Origin: Octopus vulgaris
Lineage: Eukaryota
Direction: 5' to 3'
Assembly: GCA_951406725.2 (NCBI GenBank)
Contig: OX597820.1
Span: forward strand, 90,768,001 to 90,832,000
Length of the DNA: 64,000 nucleotides
The notes beneath the pieces were generated by a model. The model was not told the DNA's origin. It made no database searches and saw only the letters and a program-made list of their open reading frames with translations. The translations under genes were made by a program, and so were the position numbers. Of the stretch, positions 1 to 15,193 are shown piece after piece; position 1 is the first letter of the stretch; the number at the start of each line of letters is the position of its first letter.

Positions 1-5
1 TATAC

Positions 6-63
<58 letters not shown>

Positions 64-345
64 TCATCATTATATTTAGCTAATGCATTGCGATACACAT
101 AACTTGTTGTTAGGACTCAATACACATGTGCTCTAGAACAAAGTGTGAGTCGAGTACACAGCAGCAATCAGAAAATATATTACAAATGAATAAAAAAGAA
201 TTATGTGATGAACTGCATATGCTTAGAACTGTTTCTGCTATGGGATGTAGTGTACTCAAAGTTTCATCTTAGCATCAGACATACATCGCAATATTCTTTG
301 GAAAACCATGTACTTGTACATATACATATATAGAGTTACATTGTT

Positions 346-544
<199 letters not shown>

Positions 545-614
545 TGTGTGTGTTTTTATGTTTACAAGTGACAGGATAAATGAAAAGGAGCAATCAACAC
601 TTCTAGTAGGAGTT

Positions 615-667
<53 letters not shown>

Positions 668-1522
668 GTGTGTGTGTGTGTGTATTTATGTATATATAGG
701 TGTGTGTGTGTATATCTCTCTAAATGTATAAATATATATATCTATATATTTACGAATGGAGTATGGGAAATCCGTGTTACATAACTTTCATAGCGAGTGG
801 AACCTCAGAAATGATAAGCACCCAGTGAAGCGTATACCGCCGGCTATCCTTCAGACCAAGGGTATCTGAATTAGATAAAAGGCTACGTTGTCGCAATAAG
901 ATACATGTGACGCAAATGTGTGTCTGTGTGTGAGTGTATGTGGAAGTGTTTATGTTTGTGTGCGTGTGAACGTATATATATATTTATATTTATATTATAT
1001 ATATGTGTGTGTGTATATATATGCCATCAATCTGTTTATAATTATGGAAGCAAACACACTCACACACTCATATACAAACGCACCCATATACATATTTATA
1101 CGCATATTCTGTTTGTATATATGTATATGTGTATATATGTATATGTATATATGTCTGTGCACACACAAGCAAATTACATTTTTATGTAATTATATAATGT
1201 TAATTCATTTAAAATTTATACTCTAAAAGTTACATCCCTAGTAAATCTATTCTAGCTAATAAAAATATGATGATATTATGTATAAAAATCTGGTTCAATA
1301 ATCTGAGATTTTTACTCCATGTGAGTGTTGGATTAACATAAGATAACAGAGGATATTTCACATAAACCTTTCTCTAGTTGTTGATACATTATTTAACAAA
1401 AGGCGTTTTGTAGTTGCGGTTATTTCGTACACCCACACACATACTCACACATACTTAACCCATACACACTCCGAAATATGTATATAGTATATATAGCTGT
1501 CTATATAAAAATACATACATAC

Positions 1523-1599
<77 letters not shown>

Positions 1600-1730
1600 T
1601 ATACTAATATTTTCACAAGTATGTACATGTTATTACGTTATACTCATATGCAAATGTGTATTGTAATCATACTATTATGCATGTATGTATATATACATAT
1701 ATATGTTGTAGGGGTGTATACATATTCATA

Positions 1731-1770
<40 letters not shown>

Positions 1771-2709
1771 CATATGTGTATATATTTGTGTTTGTGTTTG
1801 AGATTGTGTGCGTGCATATGTGTGTGATTGTGTGGATGTGTGTGCGTGTGTCTATACGGAGCGGAGACAAAGAGATCGATCGATCGATAGATAGATAGAT
1901 TCGTAGGTATATGTATATAAAGATACATAGACAGATACGTTGATTTTGATATTCTTTCATCTTTCACTTTTGCAGAACATTGTTTGTTGACCTCACCGTG
2001 GAAACGCTTCCAATGGCTGGCTGTTCGTCGATAGCCTGTGTGTGTGTATGTGAGTATGAGCGTGTGTGTTTGTATGTGCCAGTGAGTATGTTTATATTAG
2101 GAGACAGAGTCAAAAAGAGACAGAAAAAGAGACATATATATATATATATATAGCATTGAATACTTTTGTGGAGAGTTAGAGCCTATAGATCATCACCCAT
2201 GGACTTGGAAATATATGAATGTCATCACCAGCTGCTTCGTTTAGATTTAAGGTGTGTTTACATACGCGCGCGAGCATACTCATGTAGGTATACAGAGATT
2301 TACACGCACACACACCAATATATATTTATATATATATATATATTAGATACATGGATAGGTCTATATAATTGCTTTTGTTGATTACCTGGTAATATTACTA
2401 GATAATATTACTCATACATGTGCAGACAAGTTCGAGATTCATGTATACACCCACTCTTTCTCTCTATCCCTATTTCACCCTTTCTCTGTATATATGTGTA
2501 TGCGTGTGTATACTTATATATGTATATGTTTATATATATATATATATATATGTATATGTGTGTGTATATATATGTATACACATGCATACACACACACACA
2601 TATATGTATATATATCTATATATATATATGTAGTATATAAATATATACATAAATCATCTATACGTATCTGTCGATACACACATTCTGGCATATATGAGTG
2701 TATACATAT

Positions 2710-2815
2710 TCTTTTATCTTTTATTCGCTTCAGTGATTTGCCTCCGCCTATACTGGTGCATCGTCTCGTAGAATTACTTAGGCGAGTAAATCGACCCGTG
2801 CCTTTTTAAAAGACG

Positions 2816-2913
<98 letters not shown>

Positions 2914-3095
2914 TGTAAATAAATATGTATGCATGTATACGACATACGACGGTGCTTTCAGTTTCTGATTAGCATGTGCATTCACAAGACTTTGATCACC
3001 CCTAGGTTTTACTGAAAGATATGTGCCCAAGAGGCCTCATAGTGAGACTGAACCCCGAAACACAAGGCTATGTAGCAAACATATTACCACACAGT
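2710..3095 (-). mobile_element. old copy of SINE family 1 (tRNA-derived, CORE-like) with internal (TA)n(TG)n
   Basis: gacggtgctttcagtttctg...ttcacaagactttgatc...gtgagactgaacc aligns by eye to the younger copy at 37621-38019; diverged tail at 2710-2800. Confidence 0.65.
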
Positions 3096-3470
3096 CACGT
3101 ATAATAAATATGTATAAACCTTGCAGACATTGTTTGTAAAATTAAAGAGTTACAAAAAGGAAATCGCGTATGTTTATATTGGGAAGAGGACATAACTGAG
3201 CCATTAGAGAAAACATGATGACATACACCTTGGTGGCAAGAAAAATATGATTCCTGAAAAATGGGAACAGGGAAAAGAGCCACAACGAATAGAAGCTCTG
3301 CAACAACAACAACAACACTAACAACAAGAACAAATTAACAGCGATAGCAATAACACCAACACCAACAACGATAATGATGATGAAGATAATAGTAATAATG
3401 ATAATAATAACAATAATGATAATTTCAAAATTAGACACCATGCACCATGACAATATTTGTGCGCTCTATA

Positions 3471-3778
3471 CTTAAGAGATGAGGAATTATGTACCTTATT
3501 CACATTTGATGGATGATTTGTGGGCATATGGCGTAGTCGTTAAGAGTGCGGGCTACAGACCCCAAGATTCTCAGTTCAATTCCAGGCAGTAATCTCAATA
3601 ATAATAATAATAATAGTAATGATATAATAATAATAATAATAACACCATTGAAAAATACCTTAGGAATGAGAACCCAGGTTCGACATCTGATAAAGTTTGG
3701 GTGGTATATCAGCCGAAACGTTGTGTAACAACAAATAAGATGAGGACAAATATCCCTCAAATGTAAATAATGTATAAT
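3471..3778 (+). mobile_element. SINE-like element: tRNA-derived head + (AAT)n linker + hammerhead-like motif + tail, with an inverted tail copy upstream
   Basis: Head starts gggcata at 3522; A box tggcgtagtcg 3529-3539; B box agttcaattcc 3573-3583. 3486-3521 is a diverged reverse complement of 3746-3778. Confidence 0.75.
3683..3726 (+). ncRNA. minimal type I hammerhead ribozyme-like motif (core mutated to CUGAUAA)
   Basis: acat-CTGATAA(3687-3693)-a-gtttg/ggtggtatat/cagcc-GAAA(3715-3718)-cgtt-gtgt. Stem I is acat/gtgt, stem II is imperfect, and palindromic aacgtt replaces stem III, as in Penelope-associated minimal hammerheads. One core mismatch versus CUGANGA. Confidence 0.55.
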
Positions 3779-3801
3779 ATTTGTGCATGCATGGGGGATT
3801 T

Positions 3802-3856
<55 letters not shown>

Positions 3857-4488
3857 ATATATATATATATGCATAAATATAATTATTATTATATACATAC
3901 ATACATACATATATATATATATAATTATATATATAATATTATATATATATATATATAAATATAATTATTATTATATACATACATATATGTATATATATAT
4001 ATAATTATATATATAATGATTCATAACGTCATTGCATATATTAAACCTTGGGTAGTGTAAAAAAATGTCATCAATCTGTTACGATATGTGTGCGTGTGTG
4101 TGTGTGTGTGTTTATATGCGCACGTGCGTGCGTGTGTGCGTTTATGCATATTTATAGTATTAACACTAAATTGAGATAGACTTTGGATGCTAAAAATATG
4201 TACATTCTTCATTTAGGGCTTAGCTGAACGTTGCCTTCCACTGAATATCTAAAAGCCTAAAACAAAATCCTTCAATAAATGCGAATGCGAATAAAGCGAA
4301 AAAGCTTTTGCTCTAACTTCTTCTCCTTAGAAATTGCACCAGGCAGTCGTTCTTTCTTAACAGGTAACAAGCGATCGATATAACTGTACCTGATGGTCAC
4401 TTGTCAGCTCCTTTAAACAGAAGAGAGATTTCTTGCCGATGTTTTTCTGCAATAGAAATACACTAGGGAAATAAATTAAAATTCTTTC

Positions 4489-5240
<752 letters not shown>

Positions 5241-5819
5241 TATCCAGATGATCGTAAAAGCCATACTTTTACAGAAGGTTACAAGTTGCTAAAGGATGTG
5301 TGTCGACATCGAATCCTTATCAAACGATTGCGTGCTACGAACGATTGCAGTCCTAAGTGGGTTGAAAGGAGAGACATGAAACGGAAACAACAGCTGAAGA
5401 TTTTGACGACATTATCAAATACACAACCACAAGCACACGCACGCATGCGCACGAGTACACGCGCACACACTCTCACGCATATATACACAGTAACACACAC
5501 ACACACACTCATACACTTATAGACACCATCCAACGTTCATAACACCACCATCTTCTACAAGTTGTACATCATTGTCTACTTTCTGTGTACATAATTACAG
5601 TATTCTTACTTCTTTAACGTGCAAGAAATAGCAGCAAATTCTCCTCCAATTTCCTGCTAGATTGTACAATTTCTTTTCCTGTGTGAGTGTGTGTGTGTGA
5701 GCGTGTGTTTCCATGTGTATGTGTTTGTATGTGTGTGCAATGTGTCCACATTGCGTATTGTTACCTTCATCAGCTTGAAACTAGGGGTTCACGGTGATTT
5801 CATCACCTTGATGAATGTG

Positions 5820-6085
5820 TAGTCCAATGAATCGACCTTACAGCTTTTTTTTAAAAACCTGACATTTATTCCATCGATTTCTCTTGCAGAATGACTAAGT
5901 TACGGAAGGTAAACAGAAAACACCTGCGATGACAAACACACGTAGACATGCTCTTCATTCGATTTCCTCTTACCTTATCCCCTCACAAATTTTGGATCAT
6001 CCCGAGCTATTAGTAGAAGACACCCAAGGTGATACCCTGCGGGCTGAAGCCAAAACGAAATGATTGGGAAACAAACTTCTTTCCA
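5820..6085 (-). mobile_element. old, diverged SINE family 1 copy
   Basis: gagctattagtagaagacacccaaggtg...tgattgggaaacaaacttct resembles the family 1 head/core; tail-like aatcgacc...taagttacgg upstream. Confidence 0.5.
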
Positions 6086-6086
6086 T

Positions 6087-6126
<40 letters not shown>

Positions 6127-6689
6127 ATGTATATATATATATATATATATTGATAAATAGTGTTATATATATATATATGTATGTATGTATGTAAAGTGCA
6201 TTATTAATAAAGACTCCAAAGACAGGTGTATACCTCGGGAATATGATCTATGGACAACGAAGGATTTAAATATTGATAGCATGCACGGACGAACTGAATG
6301 TGGGTTGCAGGTGATAAGTATAACCGTTAAATATTAAATCCATCCACCTTTTGGTTGACAACTTAACACCTAATAATGAATACGGATATTTAACTAATCT
6401 ATATTAAAAACACTCGTAATGGCAGGTAGTGATACGTAAATTCAGCTTTTGGCATCATGACATATGTTATAATCGCATAGCTAGGTATTTATGCTTGACA
6501 CGACTTTGGTACATACTTTGTTCCTTATTGCAAAGGGACATAACTTCAAACTACATGCCATTTTGCATTTTCATCATCTTTTTCTATATCTTTCACTCTT
6601 TCGCCTCTGTAACCCTATGACTTCGAGTGTCATGAAGATATCACAATGTAGTTTGTATCAGTAATTTTGTTTAGTTATATTGTTCTTGT

Positions 6690-7222
<533 letters not shown>

Positions 7223-8494
7223 AACTATTGTACATTTTTGCTGGGTAAAATACACATTTTCCGGTGATTTACCCGAAACCTTTTATCAACTCAGGACAAT
7301 AAAACTTAAGAATCTATCCCGAACTTTCCACTTTTTGACTTTATTTAATTCTTCCATCGTTTCGGAGTCGAAATAAGAAACATCATTTATCAACAAAGCT
7401 AATTCAAATCATCAAACTCTCCGCTTAAACTTCTAGTCTTATATCCTTTGTTTTTGTTGACCTTATTTTACTCAAGGTAAATCCAATATTTATGTGTTTT
7501 GTAATTCACCTTTATTGTCCTAAGTGTTTTCTTCCTTCTGTTCAATAAAGGACATTCTCAACATCGCCGTCATTCCCCCATCCTCATCATTATTTATGGA
7601 TATGTGTTTTGTATGGCAATTGCCAAAGACAAATACTGACTCCTATATAATTACCTCCCTTTACGCTCTTAGCTCAACGACGGTTAGGTTCTCTGCTGTA
7701 TCTTTGCTTCTATAGCTGAAGTTTAATCGTCTTCAACGTTTCCAGCTACATCATCTCAGTTTTCAAGGTAGGGAATAGTCATTAAGGAAAAAACAAAAAA
7801 AGTGCAGGATTATCCCTGAGTTAGATATTAATATTTTGTGTTGTAGTAAAGTTAATACTATGCAGAACAATAGAAAAAATATTTCTATTTTCATATATAT
7901 TTTAAATATTATTATCTCCCTTTATGTTCCGAGACCAATCCCATTGATACCGCCATTACATTTCATCCTTGTGAAATCAATAAAAATTAATGATTCTTGC
8001 ATTGAAAACTCCATGTTAAAAATCTGATGTCTTGTAACTATCTTAGAAACCGTTACTATCAATATATATATACTACAACCATATTCCACAACTATCCCGA
8101 TACACGCACACAAACTCACACACAGGCAAATATGCATATGTGTGTATATATATGTTTATAAATATGTATTGCATATAGTTGTGTTTGTGTTTGTGTGTGT
8201 GCATACATTAGCCATCATTTGTGTGTATGACCTCATGAATATCACCAGGCTTATGCTAATTGATCTAAGGGTGTATGTATTCGCTAGTTACCCGAGACAC
8301 TCATTCGGTCAACTCAAATTCAATACACCGGAACATCGAAGATGTGACAGAAGGCAGGGGCAGAAGGATGCCCCAGAGCTTGAGATGTTGTTCGTTTCAA
8401 TTGACTTGACTGGTGCAATGAAAAAATCATATTTATATATGTGTATATGTGTGTATGTGTGTATTTGTGTTCGTATGTATGTGTGTATATATGC

Positions 8495-8525
<31 letters not shown>

Positions 8526-8609
8526 AGTATGTATGTTTGTATGTATGTATGTTTCTATGTAGGTAGGTAGATAGGTAGGTACGTAGGTATGTTTAGGTTA
8601 TGTGCGTGA

Positions 8610-8900
8610 GTACATGGTATAGTGGTTAGGGAGTTCCACTCACGATCTCGAGATTATGGTATCAGTTCTTGGTCTGGATGGTGCGTTGTGTTCTTAAGTA
8701 TAACACTTTATCTTATGCTTCTCTGCGATCACTTTGATACTGATGTGTTGTACAACTTGCACCTGTTCAAGCAATTACAAATTGATAGAGGGAGTGGCCT
8801 AAATTACAGCACAAACATTTGATTACTATAAACAAATCATTCGAGCAAATTATTCAAGAAATAATTGTAAATCCGTCTTTTTCGAACTACAGAAGGCGAC
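8610..8900 (+). mobile_element. old tRNA-derived SINE (family 4)
   Basis: A-box-like tggtatagtggttag, degenerate B box, then CORE-like gcgttgtgttcttaagtataacacttta; ends at a (TATG)n tract. Confidence 0.55.
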
Positions 8901-8905
8901 CATCA

Positions 8906-9062
8906 TGTATGTATGTATGTATGTATGTATGTATGTATGTATGTATGTATGTATGTATGTATGTATGTATGTATGTATGTATGTATGTATGCATGTATGT
9001 ATGCATGTATGTATGTATGTATGTATGTATGTAATGTATGTAAGTATGTATGTATGTATGTA
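8906..9062. repeat. (TATG)n microsatellite
   Basis: Directly visible. Confidence 0.97.
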
Positions 9063-9515
9063 AGTGTGTATGTAGCGGTCGAATTCCGCCATTCGACGTG
9101 GAGAATTCAGTTATATGATGAACACGGGAAATTGTTCTTGAATGAAAATGTAGGAGGTTTAATATTCTATACCCACGGGTCCACATTACGTAATTTTCCG
9201 ACATAATCAACATGTAGAATGTGACAAAAAATATATATAACAACATTTTAGATATAGGTAATCCGACGGTGTCCTGCACGCAGAATCCCGCGGTGGCAGT
9301 GCGAACCATATAAAAATTTAAACATACTGGAAATACATAAACACAAGTACGTGTACACATGCACAAACGTGCACTCAAATACACTTACACACATACACTT
9401 AGGGGCGCACACGCGCGCACATCCACCCATACACATAAAACACATGTATATCCAAACATACATAGATTAGTAGAGACAAAAACAGTAGAGACAAAATGTT
9501 TATGCATATATATAT

Positions 9516-9570
<55 letters not shown>

Positions 9571-9749
9571 CTCATATATATATATATATATGCATGTGTA
9601 TGTATGCGTGTGTGTGTGTGTGTGTTTGTTAGTGTTTGTTTTCTGTATTTTAAAATAGAGATCATGAAAAAATATATATAATGAGGTTTAGTTTTTACGC
9701 TTTATTCGTTTCTGGATTGTTGCCATCGCTTGCGTCACTTCTCGCAGAT

Positions 9750-10094
9750 ATGTATATACGTATGTATGTATGTATGCATGTATGTATGTATGTATGTTTG
9801 TATGTATGTATGTATGTATGTATGTATGTATGTATGTATGTATGTATGTATGTATGTATGTATGTATGTATGTACGTATTATGTATGTATGTATGTATGT
9901 ATGTATGTATGTACGTATGTATGTATGTATGTATTCATGTATGCATGTATGTATGTATGTATGTATGTATGTATGTATGTATGTATGTATGTGTGTACGT
10001 ATGTACGTATGTATATATGGATGTGTATTTCTATATCTATATCTATCTATATATATATACATATATGCACACACAATACATATATACAAATATA

Positions 10095-10150
<56 letters not shown>
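9750..10150. repeat. compound (TATG)n/(TA)n microsatellite
   Basis: Directly visible. Confidence 0.95.
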
Positions 10151-10151
<1 letters not shown>

Positions 10152-10273
10152 TCTCTCACTCTGCCCCTCTCTCTCTCTCTGTCTCTCTCTGTTAGGTAAA
10201 TATATATAGATAGACAGACAGGTAGGTAGATAGACAGATACATGCAGATATATATATAATGCGTGTGTATGTG

Positions 10274-10314
<41 letters not shown>

Positions 10315-10324
10315 GTACACACAA

Positions 10325-10361
<37 letters not shown>

Positions 10362-10437
10362 GATACACACGTACACACACACACACACATACACACTCAA
10401 ACAACAGTGTCGAAAATGTGTAGCGTACGATATACAT

Positions 10438-10614
10438 AAGAAGACGATATTTTTTTGAACGCAGTGTTGCCTTTAAAACAGTAAAATGGCTGGGCAAATA
10501 AGCCTTACAAGACTTTAAAATTTGTCAAGAACCAGCCGGCTTTGTAAGGGTAATTTACCCAATATTTCTGCTGTACTAACGGCAACTCTGCGCTCGAGAA
10601 AAATATCATTTCTT
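10438..10614. mobile_element. diverged palindromic MITE-like element (~75-bp arms)
   Basis: Left arm aagaagacgatatttttttgaacgcagtgttgcc...gggcaaatagccttacaag matches the reverse complement of the right arm (aagaaatgatatttttctcgagcgcagagttgcc...gggtaaattacccttacaaag). Confidence 0.7.
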
Positions 10615-10666
10615 GTTTGTATCATATATATATTAGATTAGATATATATATATATATATTTATATA

Positions 10667-10705
<39 letters not shown>

Positions 10706-11238
10706 TAAGAATGAGAGGGAGAGAGAGAGACTGAGACACACAGAGAGACAGACCAACAGACAGACAGACAGGCAGACAAACCCCCACACAAAGAGGATGA
10801 CAGACGCCTTCCCACTAACGGTATAGCGTTTTAAAAATCGAAAGATATTTTTGTTTCTAAATAATATTTGGGTGGAAATGATGCTTGATTCATTTAGTTT
10901 TACATTGTTTGAATCCAAAAACTGTGCATTGACGTTCTGTGTATTGCCTATATGAACACCACCTAATGTGCTCAATGGTCGCAATGTTTAAAATTATGAT
11001 TTTCTTTTAAGCTAACATATATGGTATATATTATATCTTTATATAGTAAACATAATACCAATATTCTTCTTGTATGATGGAATTTATTGTTAAGCAAATA
11101 TTGTGTCCGAATATTGTTAATAATGCATTGGGTATCATTTATCAAAGACTTGCCAGTTGGTCTGTATAGGAAGGCTATACATACTCACACATACATATAT
11201 ACCTACATACACACACACATTTGCACACACATACATAC

Positions 11239-11302
<64 letters not shown>

Positions 11303-11358
11303 GTGCATGCATAGATATATATTCACACGCATATAGTTTCTATTTATATACATATATG

Positions 11359-11494
<136 letters not shown>

Positions 11495-12336
11495 GAATAT
11501 ATATGAAGGTTATATATATATATATGTACACATACATATATTTATGCATGTTTATATATATATATATATATATTATATATCCATTTACATATGTATGGCT
11601 GCTGCCTCAAGGCTGAAACATATAAAAGAATAAAAGCATTAATATGTATATATATGTATGTGTGTATGTGTAAGTATTTTTGTGTTCGTGGGGTGTAATT
11701 TTATTATTGGAAATGCTGTTACTTTACCCAATTTCTTCACGAAACCATCCCCAATATATGAATTCTCATTACATTCTACAACTGAAGTAATCTCCACGAA
11801 ATAAATACACAAGTATAGATATGATTTATTTAAGTACTTAATTTTTAAAAAAAGGTTTTCCATCTCACCGTAATATCTCGTATTGTACCCTATACGGCAT
11901 ACGTGTGTATCGCCAAGCACTCTTTGAAAACATTGTATATATTAGGATGAAATCCTCGCTTTGTGAACCCTAGCTGCTAATATTTGCTGTCATTGTCTCA
12001 TCAGAGTTTATCTCTGATTTCACAGCTTAACGCTGATCCGTAGCTTATCTCTGTATTATTCCGTTATCTCTGTATGATTCCGTTTTCTCGACTATGCCTT
12101 TTAAAGTAAAAAAAAACAGTCAAATATAATTTGAACGAAGTTGATCGCTTGTTGTAATAAGCCAAACAAATGCCTACAATGTTTAAATACTACTTTCTCT
12201 TCTAATAGAATCCAAAGATTTATTGACGCTTTGTGAATGCTATTGAAATATAGTGGTTGATTCTAAACCGGTAAGATTGGTGGCAGATTGCATAGAATGT
12301 CGGAAAGAACGCTTCGCAATATTTAAACCAGGTTTT

Positions 12337-12545
12337 AAGGTGACAAGATGACAGAACTGTTAGCACGACGGGCAAAATGCTTAGCGGCATTTCGTCCGTC
12401 TTAATGATTTGAGTTCAAAATCCTCCGTGGTTGACTTTGTCTTTCATCTTTTAAGAATCGATAAAATAAATACCAGCTGAATATTGGGGTTCGATGTAAT
12501 CGACTTATACCCTCCTACGAAATTACCGGCAAATTTTGAAATTAA
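12337..12545 (+). mobile_element. SINE family 2 copy (tRNA-derived)
   Basis: aaggtgacaagatgacagaactgttagcacgacgggcaaaatgcttagcggcatttcgtc...gagttcaaa...gataaaataaataccag aligns to 15779-15996. Confidence 0.85.
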
Positions 12546-12567
12546 TATTTAAGCCATTTTCACATCT

Positions 12568-13020
12568 TCAAATACTTTGTTCGAATTCTGCAAAGTTCAT
12601 AAAATAAAGTACCAGTCCAACAATAGAACAAATGTAACCAAAGTTGCTAGCATGATCAGTAAATTCACTTCGAGACAATTCCTTCCACGTTTCATCCACC
12701 TGAACGAACATTTGGGAAGTAACCTCAACTTTAGCTTCGGGTTGGCTGATGCCTTTCGAAGGAAATTCAATCGATAGAAGTTTGCCGAAAGGTTCATTAT
12801 AATTATTGGGTGATAGATTAAATCCATTATTCATTTTACTGCACACACTTTGGATGACTTCAGTGGAATTGAATTTACCACATTCAGACCAAGTCTCTAG
12901 ACCAAGATTACTGTACTCTGTTCCTACTACTAGTCCAGGAGGCTCTAAAAAGTTTATAGTCACTACAGTTACTCTATGGATGTAACCATTAAAGCAATTA
13001 ATAATATCATGAACGTTCCC
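12568..13020 (-). CDS. candidate coding exon of an unidentified, possibly extracellular protein (boundaries uncertain)
   Basis: About 150 consecutive sense codons in non-repetitive AT-rich DNA (TINFLEPPGLVVGTEYSNLGLETWSECGKFNSTEVIQSVC...FGYICS). Acceptor-like catccatAG at 12975-12974; possible donors CAG|gtggat (~12700) or CTG|gtactt (12612). No ATG-led start and no recognised homolog. Confidence 0.35.
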   Translation of the reverse strand, partial: GNVHDIINCFNGYIHRVTVVTINFLEPPGLVVGTEYSNLGLETWSECGKFNSTEVIQSVCSKMNNGFNLSPNNYNEPFGKLLSIEFPSKGISQPEAKVEVTSQMFVQVDETWKELSRSEFTDHASNFGYICSIVGLVLYFMNFAEFEQSI

Positions 13021-14275
13021 TCAAATCTGTTTTGACCCTTGTAAGCTGTTTTTAGTGTTTCCTATTACGTATGATGATTGCAGATTATAATGTAAGCTTA
13101 TGATAATGTATTATTGAGACTCTTTTGATATCCAACTGAAAATATTCTGTTTCTCGTCGTCATTTTAATGTCCAATGGAAGACAATGGATTGAGTTCATT
13201 TACATTCAATATTTTCTTCAATGTGTAGCATGTCTCTATATGTTTAGACTACTATCACCACCTCCAACACTAATATCACTACAACACAAAAGAAAGCCAA
13301 AACAAAAGAAAAAAGAAAGAGGATCTACAAAGTCGCTAGACCTACAGTGAAAAATTAACCATTTTCGTTAAAATACACCCTGCCGTATCAAAAATCTATA
13401 GTGGATAACGACGCGTTGGTTGTACATAAGGAAATGTGAAGAACGCCACGATTAGAATGCTTTTGGTTATGTGTTTACTTGAGATTAAGCAATAACAATA
13501 AATATAATGACAGTTGTATAAATTGAGCCAATTGGGAATTCTCTATATGCCCTACAAACCTGATAGAGATAGAAGTCAAATCTCATTGAAATCATACCCA
13601 ACAACCTTGAAATGGGGCACATCAATAATGTATGTCGGGTGACAAACAAATCAGCCATGTTATGTCAAAATAAGTTATATGTATAGTTTCTTTCTATTAT
13701 ATTTCTGTCAAATATAACTATGCAATTATATAAACGCGTTCATTTTCTTCTTCAGTAGGCTGTAGAAAAATGTGATTTAAAATACACACGTATAATAAAG
13801 ATCCGCAGTTTACAATGCATTTCGGTAAAACTGAAACATCGAAAATGTTCACCAAAATCTCTCTATGAGGTGATACGTAACGACAAACTTAAGTTCGCAT
13901 AAATATGGGTGTAAAAATATAACCAGAAAATTAGAGCTAAGTGCTTTAAATACATGTCGAATGTTTCAAGAATATATTTCCGAACAAAGAGAGGGCAAAA
14001 TAAGGGTGGAGCAACTATATTTAATGCCACGCGAACACTCAAAGCTTGAACGTATTCAGATTGGATGAGTCAAATATATTTTTACGCCAGGCAGGTCCAT
14101 GTGCGTGGTGTGGAGACGAACAAAAGCATATCCACAAATCTACTGCCTTCGCAAGCAGACTTCAGAAGGAGCCTGTTCAAAATGAAACAGTTTACATATA
14201 TTCGAGACTGGCGTAGGCTAAAACACGATTTGGCGATCATCATTTCCGCAGTGTTTAAGATATATTATAATTCTA

Positions 14276-14490
14276 AAGGCGGAGAGCCGGCAGAATTGAT
14301 AGCATGTTAGACAAAATGCTTAGTGGCGTATCATCTGTCTTTACGTTCTGAGTTCAAATTCCACCGAAATCGACTTTACCATTGATCCTGTCAGGTTCGA
14401 TAAATACCAGTTGAGTACTGGTGTCGTTTTAATTCACTTTTACCCTACACTAAAACTGCCGTCTTTGTGCCAAATTTGAGACCACTATAT
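14276..14490 (+). mobile_element. SINE family 2 copy
   Basis: aaggcggagagccggcagaattgatagc...ttacgttctgagttcaaattccaccga...taaataccagttgagtactgg. Confidence 0.85.
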
Positions 14491-14999
14491 ATCATAACGC
14501 ACGTCTTTGTTATCTTCAGTATTCTTGGAGATGTGGCAAGGAAAAGATGCTTGGTAGTTTCAAAAATATTCATAGTTATATAGCTCTATTTTCATGATTG
14601 TAATTTTAAATACTAGGATTGGAAACATATTGAAGTTGAAAGACTACTCCAGAGAGATTTCTTTAAAAATATATATTTCAGCTTTGTTTACCATGTTGCA
14701 CGTGTTTTGAATTAGGTTGGTGGAGTATAGCTAAACGAAAATATTGCAAATATATCATCTCCCCAACTGCGTCATGTTGATGAAATGAATAGATATGTGT
14801 CCAAATTTAAATTCCAGAAACATAATTACGTCTAAGGTAGAAGAAAAGACAGTATGTATTTTAAATGGATATGTATAGCGTGTTTGATTCTCAGTTCAAA
14901 CAGCTTAGCTAACACGCGTGAGGTGTGATAATGCTTGTGTCTGTGATTATATACATATACACATATACATGTAAAACATACATATATGTATATATAAAC

Positions 15000-15032
<33 letters not shown>

Positions 15033-15149
15033 CATAAATGTATATATACATGCATATATATACATATATATATATAAATACATATATATATATATATATA
15101 TACATAAATGTATATATACATGCATATATATACATATATATATATATGC

Positions 15150-15193
<44 letters not shown>

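Noticed and set aside
758-770. ggagtatgggaaa shared with ~50209
   Set aside because: A 13-bp match that does not extend; compatible with chance.
3522-3590. Possible tRNA gene (also SINE heads at 23268, 35673, 57988)
   Set aside because: A and B boxes are present, but there is no closing acceptor stem or oligo-T terminator, and the sequence continues into SINE bodies.
12046-12085. 19-bp tandem duplication (similar short ones at ~9469 and ~40978)
   Set aside because: Ordinary slippage duplications with no further structure.
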